From contig NC_043003.1 in NCBI RefSeq assembly GCF_006345805.1, positions 34,410,001 to 34,474,000 of the forward strand: a stretch of DNA of 64,000 bases, in the 5' to 3' direction. Made by a program: the position numbers and the translations under genes. Position 1 is the first letter of the stretch; the number at the start of each line of letters is the position of its first letter. Below the pieces are notes generated by a model that made no database searches, was not told where the DNA came from, and saw only the letters and a list, made by a program, of their open reading frames with translations. Below are positions 41,313 to 53,905 of the stretch, piece after piece. The DNA is from Octopus sinensis (Eukaryota).

Positions 41313-41429
41313 TATATTTTTGGTATTATTATTATTGTTGATGCATAACCAATAGTCAACTCTGAAATATAAAGCATGTACGTGATCAACAAACACTTCA
41401 GTTGTGAACATACCATCGTTTATTTTTCC

Positions 41430-41560
41430 CACGTAGTGTATCTAAGACTACATTGTCCACTGTGTTCTTCCTTCTTTTAGATAGTACAGCGAGTTTGAGA
41501 GTGATTATTGCAATTTCTGGCAAATCGAGTGATCACATAGAATCCCCTCGTTGGGTTTCG
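41430..41560 (-). mobile_element. Family Z fragment
   Basis: gtagtgtatctaagactacattgtcc...gcaatttctggcaaatcgagtgatcacataga. Confidence 0.5.
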
Positions 41561-42537
41561 ATTCTTTTCTAGCAAAGACGAATGGGGCTATTTGATGTAA
41601 ACTATTCCTACTCTATATTCTAAGTTATTTGATATAAGCTATGATTGGTGCCAAGAGAGATGAAAAGGTTAGTCAATCTTGTCTTTGAATGTTTGACAGG
41701 AAATCACTAAAGTAAATACTGCAAAGTCAGTTCAAGTGCACCAACTAATTCTGCTGCACCAGTGCAACTCACATTCTTTCCGGCCTCCACCTCTCTCTTT
41801 CTCTGCTTTCTCTCTCTCTCTCTCTCTCTCTCGCTCTCATACAATTACAAATGCAGGAAGAGAATGAAGTTAAGCAACTCCCGTCCTTTCATTGGAAAAT
41901 AGGATAGAGATACCTCAGTGCCGTATATGAATGTTCTGGGTGAAAAAAGCATGAAATATGAAACAAAATAGGGTGCGGTCACAAGAAGGATTGAGTACCA
42001 AAAGGTATGGTTATTAATAAGGTTTTAGGAAATTAATGCAATTTTGTTTTTCTTTCATATATGTTCTACAGATAAATGGAAAGTAGCAAGAGGAAGAGTT
42101 AAAGGTGATGAACATATTCAGAGCCGACATGAAAGCTGGTGGATATTTTAGGAAAAGAGTAGAGTTTGGGGACAGAAGATAAAGAGAAAAGAATAAAGTT
42201 CGTAAAATGATATTCAATAAACAGAGGCTTCAAGAAAATAATGAAAAAGAAACGCAATTAAGAGTGTCTACACAAACACACATCTATAACACGCAGGTGT
42301 GTGTGTATACATATATACATATATACATACATAGATACATAGATACATATATACATACATACATACAATGCTTAAACACACATACACACACATATAGGCA
42401 AATCGAAAATAAAAACAAAAACAGGAAAACAACAAATGTTCAGAAGACGAACACAGTGAATATATTTGATTAAACATAACGGCCCCCACTGTAGTGTTTT
42501 CTTTATATCTTTATATATGTATGTATATATATATGTG

Positions 42538-42570
<33 letters not shown>

Positions 42571-42584
42571 CGTGTGCATGAGTG

Positions 42585-42616
<32 letters not shown>

Positions 42617-42852
42617 TGTATGTATGTATGTATGTATGCATATATGTATGTACAATACATACATACAATGAAAGTTGATGTCAGATCATTAACCTCACTC
42701 GGTTGATGTTATCCTTCAGTCTAAAAGTGTCAATGACTATTTTCTGGTAGAGTGGGCCGCATCGCCTTTATCAGTGCTTCTTATTCTTGCATGGGAAAGG
42801 CTGAATTTATTTACAGCCCCGACATTTGTTCAAGAAAGAATTCCTCAAAATC

Positions 42853-42985
42853 AGATTATGTGACCACACAAAAACATAAACAATTACTTCAATGGATAGG
42901 ATTTTGCCTACAAAATTCAGCCACAATTCTTTTGTAAAAGATACTTTGCCAGGGAACCTTATAGCGGGATTAAACCCGAGGTCAT
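42853..42985 (-). mobile_element. Decayed, internally deleted family B-like segment, near copy of 45293-45434
   Basis: aaattcagccacaattcttttgtaaaagatactttgccaggga...agcgggattaaacccgaggtcat. Confidence 0.55.
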
Positions 42986-43030
42986 GGTACTGTGACGTGT
43001 ATTTGTAAACGATAAAGTGATACCTGTATT

Positions 43031-43264
43031 TATTTCTTTACTACCCACAAGGGGCTAAACACAGAGGGGACAAACAAGGACAGACAAACGGATTAAGTCG
43101 ATTACATGGACCCCAGTGTGTAACTGGTACTTAATTTATCGACCCCGAAAGGATGAAAGGCAAAGTAGACTTCGGCGGAATTTGAACTCAGAACGCTGCG
43201 GCGGACGAAATACCGCAAAGCATTTCGCCCGGCGTGTTAACGTTTCTGCCAGCTCACCGCCTTA
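43031..43264 (-). mobile_element. Full-length long-tail family A SINE with 25-bp TSD
   Basis: TSD taaacgataaagtgatacctgtatt at 43006-43030 and 43265-43289. Reverse strand runs taaggcggtgagctggcag...gtagtaaagaaata. Confidence 0.95.
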
Positions 43265-43449
43265 TAAACGATAAAGTGATACCTGTATTATGCACACCGT
43301 TCACATTAGTCGGACTAGTGTGTCATCATTTTCATTATTAGTTTTATTTACTACGTCTTGGCTATGTAGGCTCCAGGCTTTTTCAGATGTCTTGTGAATC
43401 ATCTTAGTGTCTTATCCGGTACTGAAATCGGAACATCTAGGTGACTGCA

Positions 43450-43484
43450 CTGAAGAAAGCTGGAGCGTACACAACCGAAACGTA
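43450..43484 (+). ncRNA. Degenerate hammerhead-like motif, probable Penelope-like relic
   Basis: CTGAAGA-aagctggagcgtacacaacc-GAAA-CGTA. Stem II and stem I are decayed. Confidence 0.4.
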
Positions 43485-45292
43485 GCGAAACCAACAACTA
43501 AGATGAAGGCACCAGTCCAGTCAAAGTAAACAGTATACATAATATAAATTTCTCATCTCAAAAGTATAGAATTGTACTGTACCTGTTTGTATTATCCTTG
43601 TTCCACTACCTAATAAATGTAAACGTAATAATGTATGTATGAATATGAATATGCTAGATTTTTATAACAAACGTAGATTTATGATTTTTATGGTACATGT
43701 TATATATTTGAATAAGGTGTTTCTGTTTGCACTGTGTTTATATGACTGTGTTCATTTGCGTGCATTTTAATATTTATATTTTCGTAACTTTCTTCCTCTG
43801 AATTCATTTATGATATAGATTTATGTCATTGCAAAAACATTTTGCGTATTCATAGCGGGTTGGAATCGTTTATGACAGCGATTGAAAAGTATCTTGCGGA
43901 GGTGTGTTCGTGTGAAATCCATAAAGTATTAGTACTGTATTTTATCGGTGTTCTGTCGATACAGCTGTTTGCCCTTCAGACATTTCTTCTTCCTTCACGT
44001 TTCTTGCGATTAGCTGACGCAACATTTTCTTCTTGTTAGAACGTTTTCGCTTCTTTCTTTCATCCAGAAACCTGTCCGTATACATAGTTTTAATTTCAAC
44101 AGTTTATAGTGGATAGAAATCATTTGTGAAGCAGTAATTTGTTTAACCCTCACTTTTGCATTGGAAAGGTTTTTAATAGACGCATCTAACTTCTCTCTCA
44201 TATATGTATATGTAATACATAAACATATGTATACACACACATACACGCGCACACATATGTCTATGTCAGTCCGCCTGCCTGTCTGTCTGCCCGTCTGTCT
44301 GTCTATCTCCCTCCCTCCCTCCCTCTCTCTCTCTAGATATATATATGCACACACATACACACGCGCGCGTGTGTGTGTGTACAATTTTGTAGGGAGTTAC
44401 TTCTATGTCATATGTTACGGGTGATTTGTAGATTTGTAAGGTAAAAATCTAGGCACGCACGATTTGAAATCAGAATAAGACCAAGTATTGTGAATTATTC
44501 AGCCTATCACTGTCCCGTTCCTTTAATCTATACAAATCCAGATGAATACTTTATCTACCGGGTTTAAACGAGCTTTGTTATGTTACTTATAACAAGTGAC
44601 ACGAAACCGTTTAACTGTCAGAACTTATTTCATAGTTTGGATAAACTTTATAATTCATAACTGACTATGTTATACTTTGTATTCGTTTGGGTATTCGCAC
44701 CAGTTTTTAACTCTCCTTGTAGGAGTATTTGCAAATCTCTGTTCGTATTGTCCAGAGAAATTTTGATATTGTTTACCATTGACATGAAAATTTTCACACG
44801 GATTCTATACTAGCCTTTGTACCGTTATATCACGCATACACAATAATAACCGGGCTTTTACGTGGTTACCAGTTTACTTGTTGCAAAAGCTGTCTGTGTT
44901 CATATCAACACTCATCATACAGTCTTTAAAAACAAAAGACAGGTTGAATAACGTAAACCTAAATGCAGTGAATGTTAAGAGCATATGTCAGAAACCATAT
45001 CCAATTTCAGCCATTCGCCTAGCTGTTCCGGATGGATTAGAAGTGAAGCTCTTGCGTTGCAAAAAATAGTCTGCAAGAGCTGATTGTGTTCTGACTAGTC
45101 AGCTGACTTGAACCATATCGCACTTCAAGTCGTGATAGAAGTAGTCGTAAGACGACCGGATTAACGCAAATATAGATAGAGTTTGGATTTGGAAAAGAGA
45201 AAGTGTATTTAGAGGATTTGAGTGTCGGACAGCGATACTTGCAAGCCAGGAAAATAACTGATGCAGAAACTTGAGAGGTGCAAATGATTCTT

Positions 45293-45434
45293 AGATTTTG
45301 TCACTACGCAAGAATATAAACAGTCACTCCTTTGGACGGGCTTCTTTAGTTTCCGTCTACCAAATTCAGCCACAATACTTTTGTAAATGATACTTTGCCA
45401 GGGATCCGTACAGCGGGATTGAACCTGAAGTCAT
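45293..45434 (-). mobile_element. Decayed, internally deleted family B-like segment
   Basis: gggcttctttagtttccgtctaccaaattcagccacaatacttttgtaaatgatactttgccaggga. Confidence 0.6.
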
Positions 45435-46168
45435 ATCAGTTAGATAATAAATTTGAAGACTACTGAAGTGAAGGTTAGGTCCTAGATAAAAGACGAGACA
45501 TAATTGAAGAGTTGTTAGTGGGTGACCCGGTCCGAGGAATCCGGAGAGCAGTAGAGGAAGCAGATGTAATAGGAAGATTTTGAATTGGACAAACTGAATG
45601 ATTTTGTTACCAATATCCAGGAGAGAGAAAGAAAGGGCAAGGAGAGTAGAATCATTATATACACAAAATAACAACTATTGCAGTGAAATTTGAAGAGAGT
45701 AGCCCGAGCTGACGAAATGGCTGTAGATAGCAGCGAAAGATTCCTATGTTGGCTCGGAATACGATATGAAGAACGTGGTATGTAGTACGTGTGTCGATGG
45801 AAGCTAGGGTAAAAGAAAATCGCCCCGTGAGTTTAATTTTAGTTTTTGGTGACTAAGGAACTGTGGAGGATTCCGTAGCGTCGTAATTTCAGATATCCTG
45901 ATCTCGGGAGCTTGGTCCAATACTTGTTGTAGAGCGATCATTGTTAAGTGGTGTTGTTATACCGAGTGGTGTAATGTGCTGACCACCAACAAAAGGTGGG
46001 AATGCACTACTCCACGACAAGATTATATATAACTGTGACTCAAAATTATACAATATGTATGCACCTATACACACATACACACACACATGCACACAGCTGA
46101 CGAATTTGTGCCATGTTCGGTGAGATGTGTATATGTGCGTGCGTCCGTGTGAGTATTTTAAGTCCATG

Positions 46169-46199
<31 letters not shown>

Positions 46200-47254
46200 G
46201 TATATAATTATAGATACACACTTCTGTTTGCACATAAGTCTTAGTCGTTGATTGGACTGCAACCATTTCGATGTACCTCTATCATATTCATTATTGGAGA
46301 CGTATGTTTGTATGTTGTCTCTGAGCTGATAATCACATGGGTCTTTAAAGTACTAAGAAACAAAAGAGGGGAAGGAAACAAAGTGCATAGGGTTCCACTT
46401 TTGTAATTGCTAGTTTAAGCTGCCTCTTCTTCGGTGTTTTTTCTCCAATCTTGTCTGCTTTGCTAGTTGGTTATGCTGAGTGACCGGGTACACTATAGTT
46501 CACAATTTTTCTTTTTAGTTATTGTATTCAACATAGTACACACAAACTTCCTTCAATTCATATATATATATGTGTGGTGTGTGTGTGTGTGTGTGTGTCT
46601 AAAATGGTGTCACGTCATTGATGATGATGATGATGATGATGATACTGTTGCTCTAGTGCTTAATGGTCGCGGTATGGGTGGTGCGAAAATTCTCAGACAG
46701 ACACTGAAATTATTTTCCTTTCTCTTAACAATATCGCCGCCCTATTTAGATTTGGTTTTTTTGATGTTTGTGTTATTGTCACTCTCACACTGCTTTTTTC
46801 TTCTTTTTTCTTTCGTTTTCTTTCTTTCTTCCTTCCTTCTTCTGTTTCTATATTTCTCTTGTTCGTTTTTTTAGTTATTTTTTTATTAATTTTTGTTTTT
46901 GTTTATATTCTTGTTTTACTTTTTATTGTTTAATTTTTCTGTCTTTTTTATTGTCATGATTTATAATAGATTTTATAAATAAAAAAAAAATTCTTTATTC
47001 ATTTATATATTTTTTTCCTCAGATATATTTATTGTTTCCTTTGCTCTCTTTTATATGTACTGTATTTCTGGCTCATACATGTGTGTGTACTTAAGTGTGT
47101 ATGCATGCTTTATATGTTACATACATACATATACACACATATATATATATATATACACACAAACTCATATATATATATATGTACATACACACACACACAC
47201 ATATATATATATATACATGTATATATAGATATATATATATATATTATATATATA

Positions 47255-47301
<47 letters not shown>

Positions 47302-48096
47302 TATACATATATATGCATACTTGTATATATATATAATGTTTAATTTTTAATGTTTATTTGCCTTTGTTTTGTTGGTTTTTATCATTATTATTTGTTTTTT
47401 TATTATTCTTGTGCGCCGGGGAACGGCTAACAAATTATAACAAAGACAAGTCAAATTTATATTTCCTTACACACGCACATAGATACACACACACACACAC
47501 ACACGGACGCACACACGCGCGCGCATTTATATTTTCTCTTCTACCTCTTCGTCCTGTGCTTTCTCAATAAACACAGACACTGTCACCTTTCATTTTTCTC
47601 TCTCCCATCTCCCCTCCCTCTCACTCTCCTTTTCCACCCCCATCTCTTTCTTTAACTCATACTGTACATTTTGTTTGCTGCTAAGGATTAGCAGTAGCAG
47701 CAGTACAGTAGTAGTAGTAGTAGCAGCAGCAGCACAGTAATAGTAGCAGCAGCAGTAGCAGTATAGTAGTAGTAGTAGTAGTGTAGTAGTAGTATAGTAG
47801 TAGCAGCAGCACAGCAGCTGCAGCAGCATTAGTAGTAACAATTATAATAGCGTTATTGTTTTGGTCGTGGTTGTTTAATCCCAGGTTAGCTTGGATAGAG
47901 AAAATCTGCGACTAAAAACGTTCCTGCTAACAGCCATTTTAGTTTCTAATACAGTATTTGCTTCTTCGTTTCAAATTGCAATTATAAGTCACTATAGGAC
48001 CACCAACGTCTTAGAAACAACTTAAGTTTGTTAGTTATCGATATAGTTAGTTAGTTTGTTAGTTAGTATATATGTATGTTAGTTATATATGTATGT

Positions 48097-48353
48097 CTGG
48101 TCACTTTCGAGTGCCACTGGTAACATGTAACCCAGTACAACCTGTTGCATGGTCGAGTTATCGGCGACTAAACCGGCAACCCCACGAAACTTGCTTGGTG
48201 AGGGGGGGGGGGTGTTTATTGGACACCCTGCGGGATGAAAAACAAAACCCCGCAAAGGGTGGAGGAATTCTTGAGATTCAACGGCCATCCAATAAACGTG
48301 TAATTTTTTTTTCTTAAGGCTTAAGGCTGTATCATGCGCGGGGACATAGAAAT
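48097..48353 (+). mobile_element. Non-coding GC-richer repeat, possibly RTE 5'-UTR-derived
   Basis: Flanked by atatatgtatgt (48085-96, 48354-65), a possible TSD but low-complexity. The segment aaagggtggaggaattcttgagattcaacggccatccaat resembles LINE-associated repeats I recall. Unverified. Confidence 0.35.
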
Positions 48354-48374
48354 ATATATGTATGTATTCTGCCT

Positions 48375-48620
48375 GTATGTCTGTGCACACCTATCAATGC
48401 AACGTATGCCAGAAGGTTTGGAAATCTAACGGAGGCCATTTTAAGATCCACAAAGATCAGAACTTAACTGCAGCTCTTGGTGGTCCAAATTGGATAGGCA
48501 ATCTATGTGGGTGTTTTTTCATTGTCAGTTTTAGAAAGCCACATCAGATGAATGATGGTTTTAAGGTGTAGGTACAAGAGGTAGCCAAACTCAGCATAAG
48601 GGGTAGACAACCACCATGTA
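48375..48620 (+). mobile_element. Probable LINE 3' end with decayed C2H2-like zinc finger
   Basis: YQCNVCQKVWKSNGGHFKIHKD resembles the CxxC...HxxxH finger at the C-terminus of some RTE-type ORF2s, shortened by a deletion. A plausible 3' UTR ends gacaaccaccatgtatg. Confidence 0.45.
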
Positions 48621-49997
48621 TGAAGATTGGTAGGTAGGTAGTGGTGGTATAATCAAGGGTACTTTTTTGCTTTATGTGTATCCGTCTGTGTAAGTGATGG
48701 TAAGAACTGGAAAAATTGATAATGAAAAAAAAAACTTTGTCAAGGATTTGGTGGGATGATGTGTGAGGTGGTGTGTGTGAAACAATATTTTTCTTATTGT
48801 AAATGCGTTTGTTATTATTGAACCTTGCGAGGGGCATCATGCTGATAATAATAAAAACACGCACTTGTTCCGTTTTTCTGTTACTGTTAGTTAATGGGTT
48901 AGTTACTCCGTTAACCAATTAAGCGATCAGCGGTTTTTTTTACTAGTTTTTCAAACTCATTTGTTAAACAATTAGTCAAACAAATCGTTCAAATGTTCAG
49001 TATAGTTAGTGTTGTCATTTCATTTCTCTCCTTATTTTGTCTATTATTGTTGTTGATTTATTGGTAGGACTGAACACGAAACTTCAGTGGAAATATATAT
49101 TGTGAATGGGAATGATAATCATTAGTTTCAAATATATTTGACAGCCACAAATTTTTGTTGGATGGGTTACTCGTACTTTAATTACAGTACTTTAATGGGT
49201 CTTTATTTCACCGACTCCAGTAAGAAAAGGATGAAACATTAAGTAAGTAAACCTTGAAGGTATGTGAACACAGAATTTAAAGAGCTAGAAAATATTTTGT
49301 CCAACGTTCTGATTGCCATCACAACTTGGTGGTATCGAAAATTCAGTAGTTTCTTCTTTCCTTTACCCCGTGACATCCTTTTCAGCAGGCATTTCCTCAA
49401 ATACATTCTATTATTGATCACCCGGTTCATTTTCGGATACAGCTATTATGTTGTGCTATATCATTCAACCAGCTTTTTTTTAACACGCTACAATGTTATT
49501 TTACGAGAAGAATTTTGCTGCTATTTCTAGTTGATCGAGCGACAGGCTTGTGAAACAGCAAAAGGTTTTTAGCACAGGTAAGATCTCTGTCATACTAATA
49601 GGTAGATGCTTATGATCTTAGGTGGCATATCACAGATAAACTCATTATGTTCAATTTTAGGGTCGATAAAATAAGCACCTGATCGGCTGGAACAAGGAGG
49701 AAAAGAAGGAGTGTAGAGGGAACAGACACAAAGTGCTTTACAATTATTTATTTTTATTATTATTTATTTTTTTGTCATAAAGATTTTGGTTTTCTTAAAC
49801 AAACTTATCTCCCTACTCAACTTGTCATCAACAAGATCTCGGTTAGATGTCACCGAAGTTATGTTTTGATAGCCTGCAGGTCGAGTAATTCCCCCCCCGT
49901 ATGTTTCTATATAGGTGTCACTGGATCAGTGGGAAAGGGCTGTGGTGGTGGTGGTGGTGGTGGGGGTTAAGTGGAAATAACAGGTGGGGAAAGAGTC

Positions 49998-50014
49998 AGA
50001 TAATAATAATAATA

Positions 50015-50056
<42 letters not shown>

Positions 50057-50190
50057 TAATAATATGATAATGATAATAATAATATGATAATAATGATAAT
50101 AATAATATAATAAAAATAAAAATAAAAATAAAAATAAAAATAATAAAAATAACAATAATAACAATAATAATAATATAATAACAATAAAAG
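49998..50190. repeat. (AAT)n/(AAAAAT)n mosaic
   Basis: Directly visible. Confidence 0.9.
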
Positions 50191-50380
50191 ATTAAATAAA
50201 TACATGAGTAAATGAATGTACACAAATCCGCTTCATAAAGCGGAAGAGACGGAAATAAAAAGGCGAGCAATGAAAATACTACTTTACACACAACATATAG
50301 ACACACACAATCAAAAACAGGCACACAACATACCACGGGCGCGCACGCGCACATAGACACACACAGACACACATAACGCA

Positions 50381-50439
<59 letters not shown>

Positions 50440-50536
50440 TGCACCTTGTTAACGAAGGACATTCACAGTATTCAAAGCATATTATAGAGCATACTGTTTA
50501 TTAAAAAATGAATTCTATTTTTTATTTTCGCCACCC

Positions 50537-50725
50537 GTGATATACGATAATTCGATATTCAGACGAGAATTGTCTTCTTTTTGGTATTCAAGATCGTCTT
50601 GTGTAATCTTGAGGCATTTTATTTTCTTGTCTATCGGTATAGTTTCCAACCAACTGGTTCCAAACTTTCTGGATATAACATTTAACTTAACTACAGAAAC
50701 ATATTTCCCGTACAGAAAATCGAAG
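50537..50725 (+). mobile_element. Penelope-like reverse transcriptase fragment
   Basis: NFLDITFNLTTETYFPYRK (50663-50719) matches the Penelope RT motif NFLD(V/I)TxxLxxxxYxPYRKP. Upstream VIYDNS may be a decayed xYRDD. Confidence 0.6.
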
Positions 50726-50785
50726 TGCTGCTGCACAAACGTGCATACATGGAGGCACATACACATAAATATGTCCGCTTATATA

Positions 50786-50847
<62 letters not shown>

Positions 50848-51124
50848 GTATATGTATATAATATATATATATATATTATATTATGTATATGTAGAATATA
50901 TATATATATATATATATATATTAATATATATATATATGTATGATGTATTATAACATATGTATATTACATATATATACATATTAATGTTATATTAAATAAT
51001 ATATATATACAAGGTTTACGACTGTCCAGCTTCACTAAGTTAAGAACATGAAGCAGGAATCACTACAATTACGACCGACAAAACAATGTTCGACGAATAA
51101 ACACCACTCTCTACAATGAAACCA

Positions 51125-51224
51125 NNNNNNNNNNNNNNNNNNNNNNNNNNNNNNNNNNNNNNNNNNNNNNNNNNNNNNNNNNNNNNNNNNNNNNNNNNNN
51201 NNNNNNNNNNNNNNNNNNNNNNNN
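51125..51224. other. Assembly gap (100 N)
   Basis: Exactly 100 N. A round number suggests a scaffolding gap of unknown true size. Confidence 0.98.
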
Positions 51225-51400
51225 AAGAAGAAGAAGAAGAAGAAGAAGAAGAAGAAGAAGAAGAAGAAAGAAGAAGAAGAAGAAGAAGAAGAAAAGAAGA
51301 AGAAGAAGAGAAGAAGAAGAAGGAGAAGAGAAGAAGAAGAAGAAGAAGAAGAAGAAGAAGAAGAAGAAGAAGAAAAGAAGAAGAAGAAGAAGAAGAAGAG
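51225..51400. repeat. (GAA)n
   Basis: Directly visible, abutting the gap. Confidence 0.95.
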
Positions 51401-51491
51401 GGAAAACAGTATTCGAATGGTACTTTATCAACGCTGAAAGGATGAATGGCGAAGTTGGCCACAAGATTTGAACGTGAAATGCAAGAGAGCA

Positions 51492-51535
<44 letters not shown>

Positions 51536-53063
51536 GCACACACTCTACTTCTCTCTCTCTCTCACACAGACACGCACACACACATACACACACACTTTTA
51601 TCAGAATTTATACTTCCCCATATAATCAATTATTTTGTGCTATATCATTGTATTATTATTATTATAGATTGGTTGAAGAAGTAGTCGACACATTTTATTC
51701 ACAATGTCTTTTTCATATTCTTGCATGAAAAACAAAAAACCAAAAAAAAAAAAACAAAAAAACCTTAAGATCCCATAACTGCAATTAGTGATGCTTGAAG
51801 GAAATAAAGAGAGCACATTTTTTCCCGCCAGGAATATGGTGCAAGCGACTCCAAAGATCTAATCTTCAGTAATATATAAGTATTATCTACAGTATGATGT
51901 GTATTTTATTTCCTCTTTCTTTCTGGCAATACATGCCATTATTTTAAATCGGTTTTATCCAAAAGTGTCATTAGGTGACAAATATGGTTCTATTTAAAAA
52001 AGAATAAAATTATAAAAGCCTTATTATTTATCACATGCCTAATCTTTATTCTAATAAGCATGAAAATCCTTTACATTTGGCACCGAAACGATAAAAGGGA
52101 GAAAAATTATTCAAAGATTCAAAATTTATTTGCATATCTAGAAAATCGAACAGACCAAAGACAAATTCATATGCAGAGGCAAACTAATTTTTACTAAACC
52201 CGCATCTTTTAACAACTATGATCTCAACACATGAACCCAACCCATCTATCCATTCCCAGATGTTTGCCAAACTAAATAGAACGCAACAAAGGACCTATTG
52301 ACTTTTTAGCTTCAATTCCCACGCGGAACACAAGCCTGACAAAGAGTTTCCCCAGACACTAGCTAACATACACAGTACACTACATGGTCAATTCCCACTC
52401 TGGACATTATCCAAATTGCATACAATACATCTTTGAACAATTCAATACTAATTTCAGTCTGCCCTCTAATAGTGATGTCTTCTAGCATCTCTTTCTTGCT
52501 TCTCTTCTTTCTCATTTTCCTTATTACTCCCTCTCACTTTTCTCCTCGACGCATATGTTCATCAATGTGCATATGTACAAAAATGTGTATTTGTATATGT
52601 GCGCATGTGCTAAAGTTTGTAGCCGCATCGATTTTGATTTTTTTTTTATTTAATTGGCTAATAGTAGTGGTTGAGTTAGTCGTATTGTTTTTCTTTTTAA
52701 AAATATTTCTTAAGTTGCTCCAGTAGATTGCATTGCTTAACTGTGCTAGGTTGTTACATTGCTTAGTTACTAAGTTTCGATGTCCATGTTGGAACATATA
52801 TCAAAAGCCTGATTGGATAGCAGAAAGATTGCAAAGGAAAATAACGTTTGAATCAGCACAGAAAACCTCATCCTTGACATATGTTTAATATAAATCTTAG
52901 CCTTGTAATTGTCCAATTACCCACAGCATGATTCATCTGCGTACAACATGCGTTCTAGAATTATATATGTCAATAATACTTCCTGAAATTAAGGAATTAT
53001 GAATACTAATACACCCACCCAGCCATACATAATACACATACATACGTATATATATGTAGGTGC

Positions 53064-53119
<56 letters not shown>

Positions 53120-53165
53120 TATATTATATATTATATACATGCATACCTACGCCTGTATGTATGCA

Positions 53166-53225
<60 letters not shown>

Positions 53226-53291
53226 TATATTATATTATATTATATTATATTTATTATATACATGCATACCTACGCCTGTATGTATGCATGA

Positions 53292-53330
<39 letters not shown>

Positions 53331-53703
53331 GTTTGTCTGTGTGTATATGCATTTGTGTCTGTCCGTCTTTGTACAAGCTTGCATGAATCTCCCGACTGCA
53401 TCATTGAACTATGAACAATTTATTTTGACTTATATGTTTGAGAATATTAAGAGCTAATGACATGCATCTCTTTCCCCTTCTCTGTCTTCCCCCTCTCTCA
53501 TTGTATCAATATCGATATATATCTATCTGTATATGTATATATAATGGAGCAAAGCTGTACGACGAATGGGAACGTGAAACTCGGTGTAGCAGTTTTTGTG
53601 ATATTTTTGCTACTTTTTAATAAAGCATATTACTCTACCTCTGGTATTCGAATACTATATTTTCCGCCTTGTTTGGCATTTATGTGCTTACTCTGGTATA
53701 TAT

Positions 53704-53893
53704 ATTCGCCTTGAATGGTCCCTTTGCATACTGAACACTTGGTGAAATTGATTAATAATTAATTAATTTTGCCCTCAATTGTTGAAATTAATATATATAT
53801 ATATATATAATTTCAACAATTGAGGGCAAATTAATTAATTATTAATCAATTTCACCAAGTGTTCAGTATGCAAAGGGACCATTCAAGGCGAAT
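53704..53893. repeat. Long palindrome 1 (87/86-bp arms around a 17-nt (AT)n spacer)
   Basis: attcgccttgaatgg...gttgaaatta / taatttcaac...ccattcaaggcgaat. The only difference I see is one homopolymer base. Confidence 0.95.
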
Positions 53894-53905
53894 TCAAATT
53901 ATTAC

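Noticed and set aside
44457-44473. gcacgatttgaaatcag, similar to miR-29
   Set aside because: The seed is mismatched and the upstream arm pairs over only about 6 bp, so there is no pre-miRNA hairpin.
45480-46020. Possible decayed LINE coding fragment
   Set aside because: No diagnostic RT or endonuclease motif could be recovered in any frame.
50515-50766. Protein-like minus-strand ORF (HFDFLYGKYVSVVKLNV...)
   Set aside because: Better explained as the antisense shadow of the plus-strand Penelope RT fragment.
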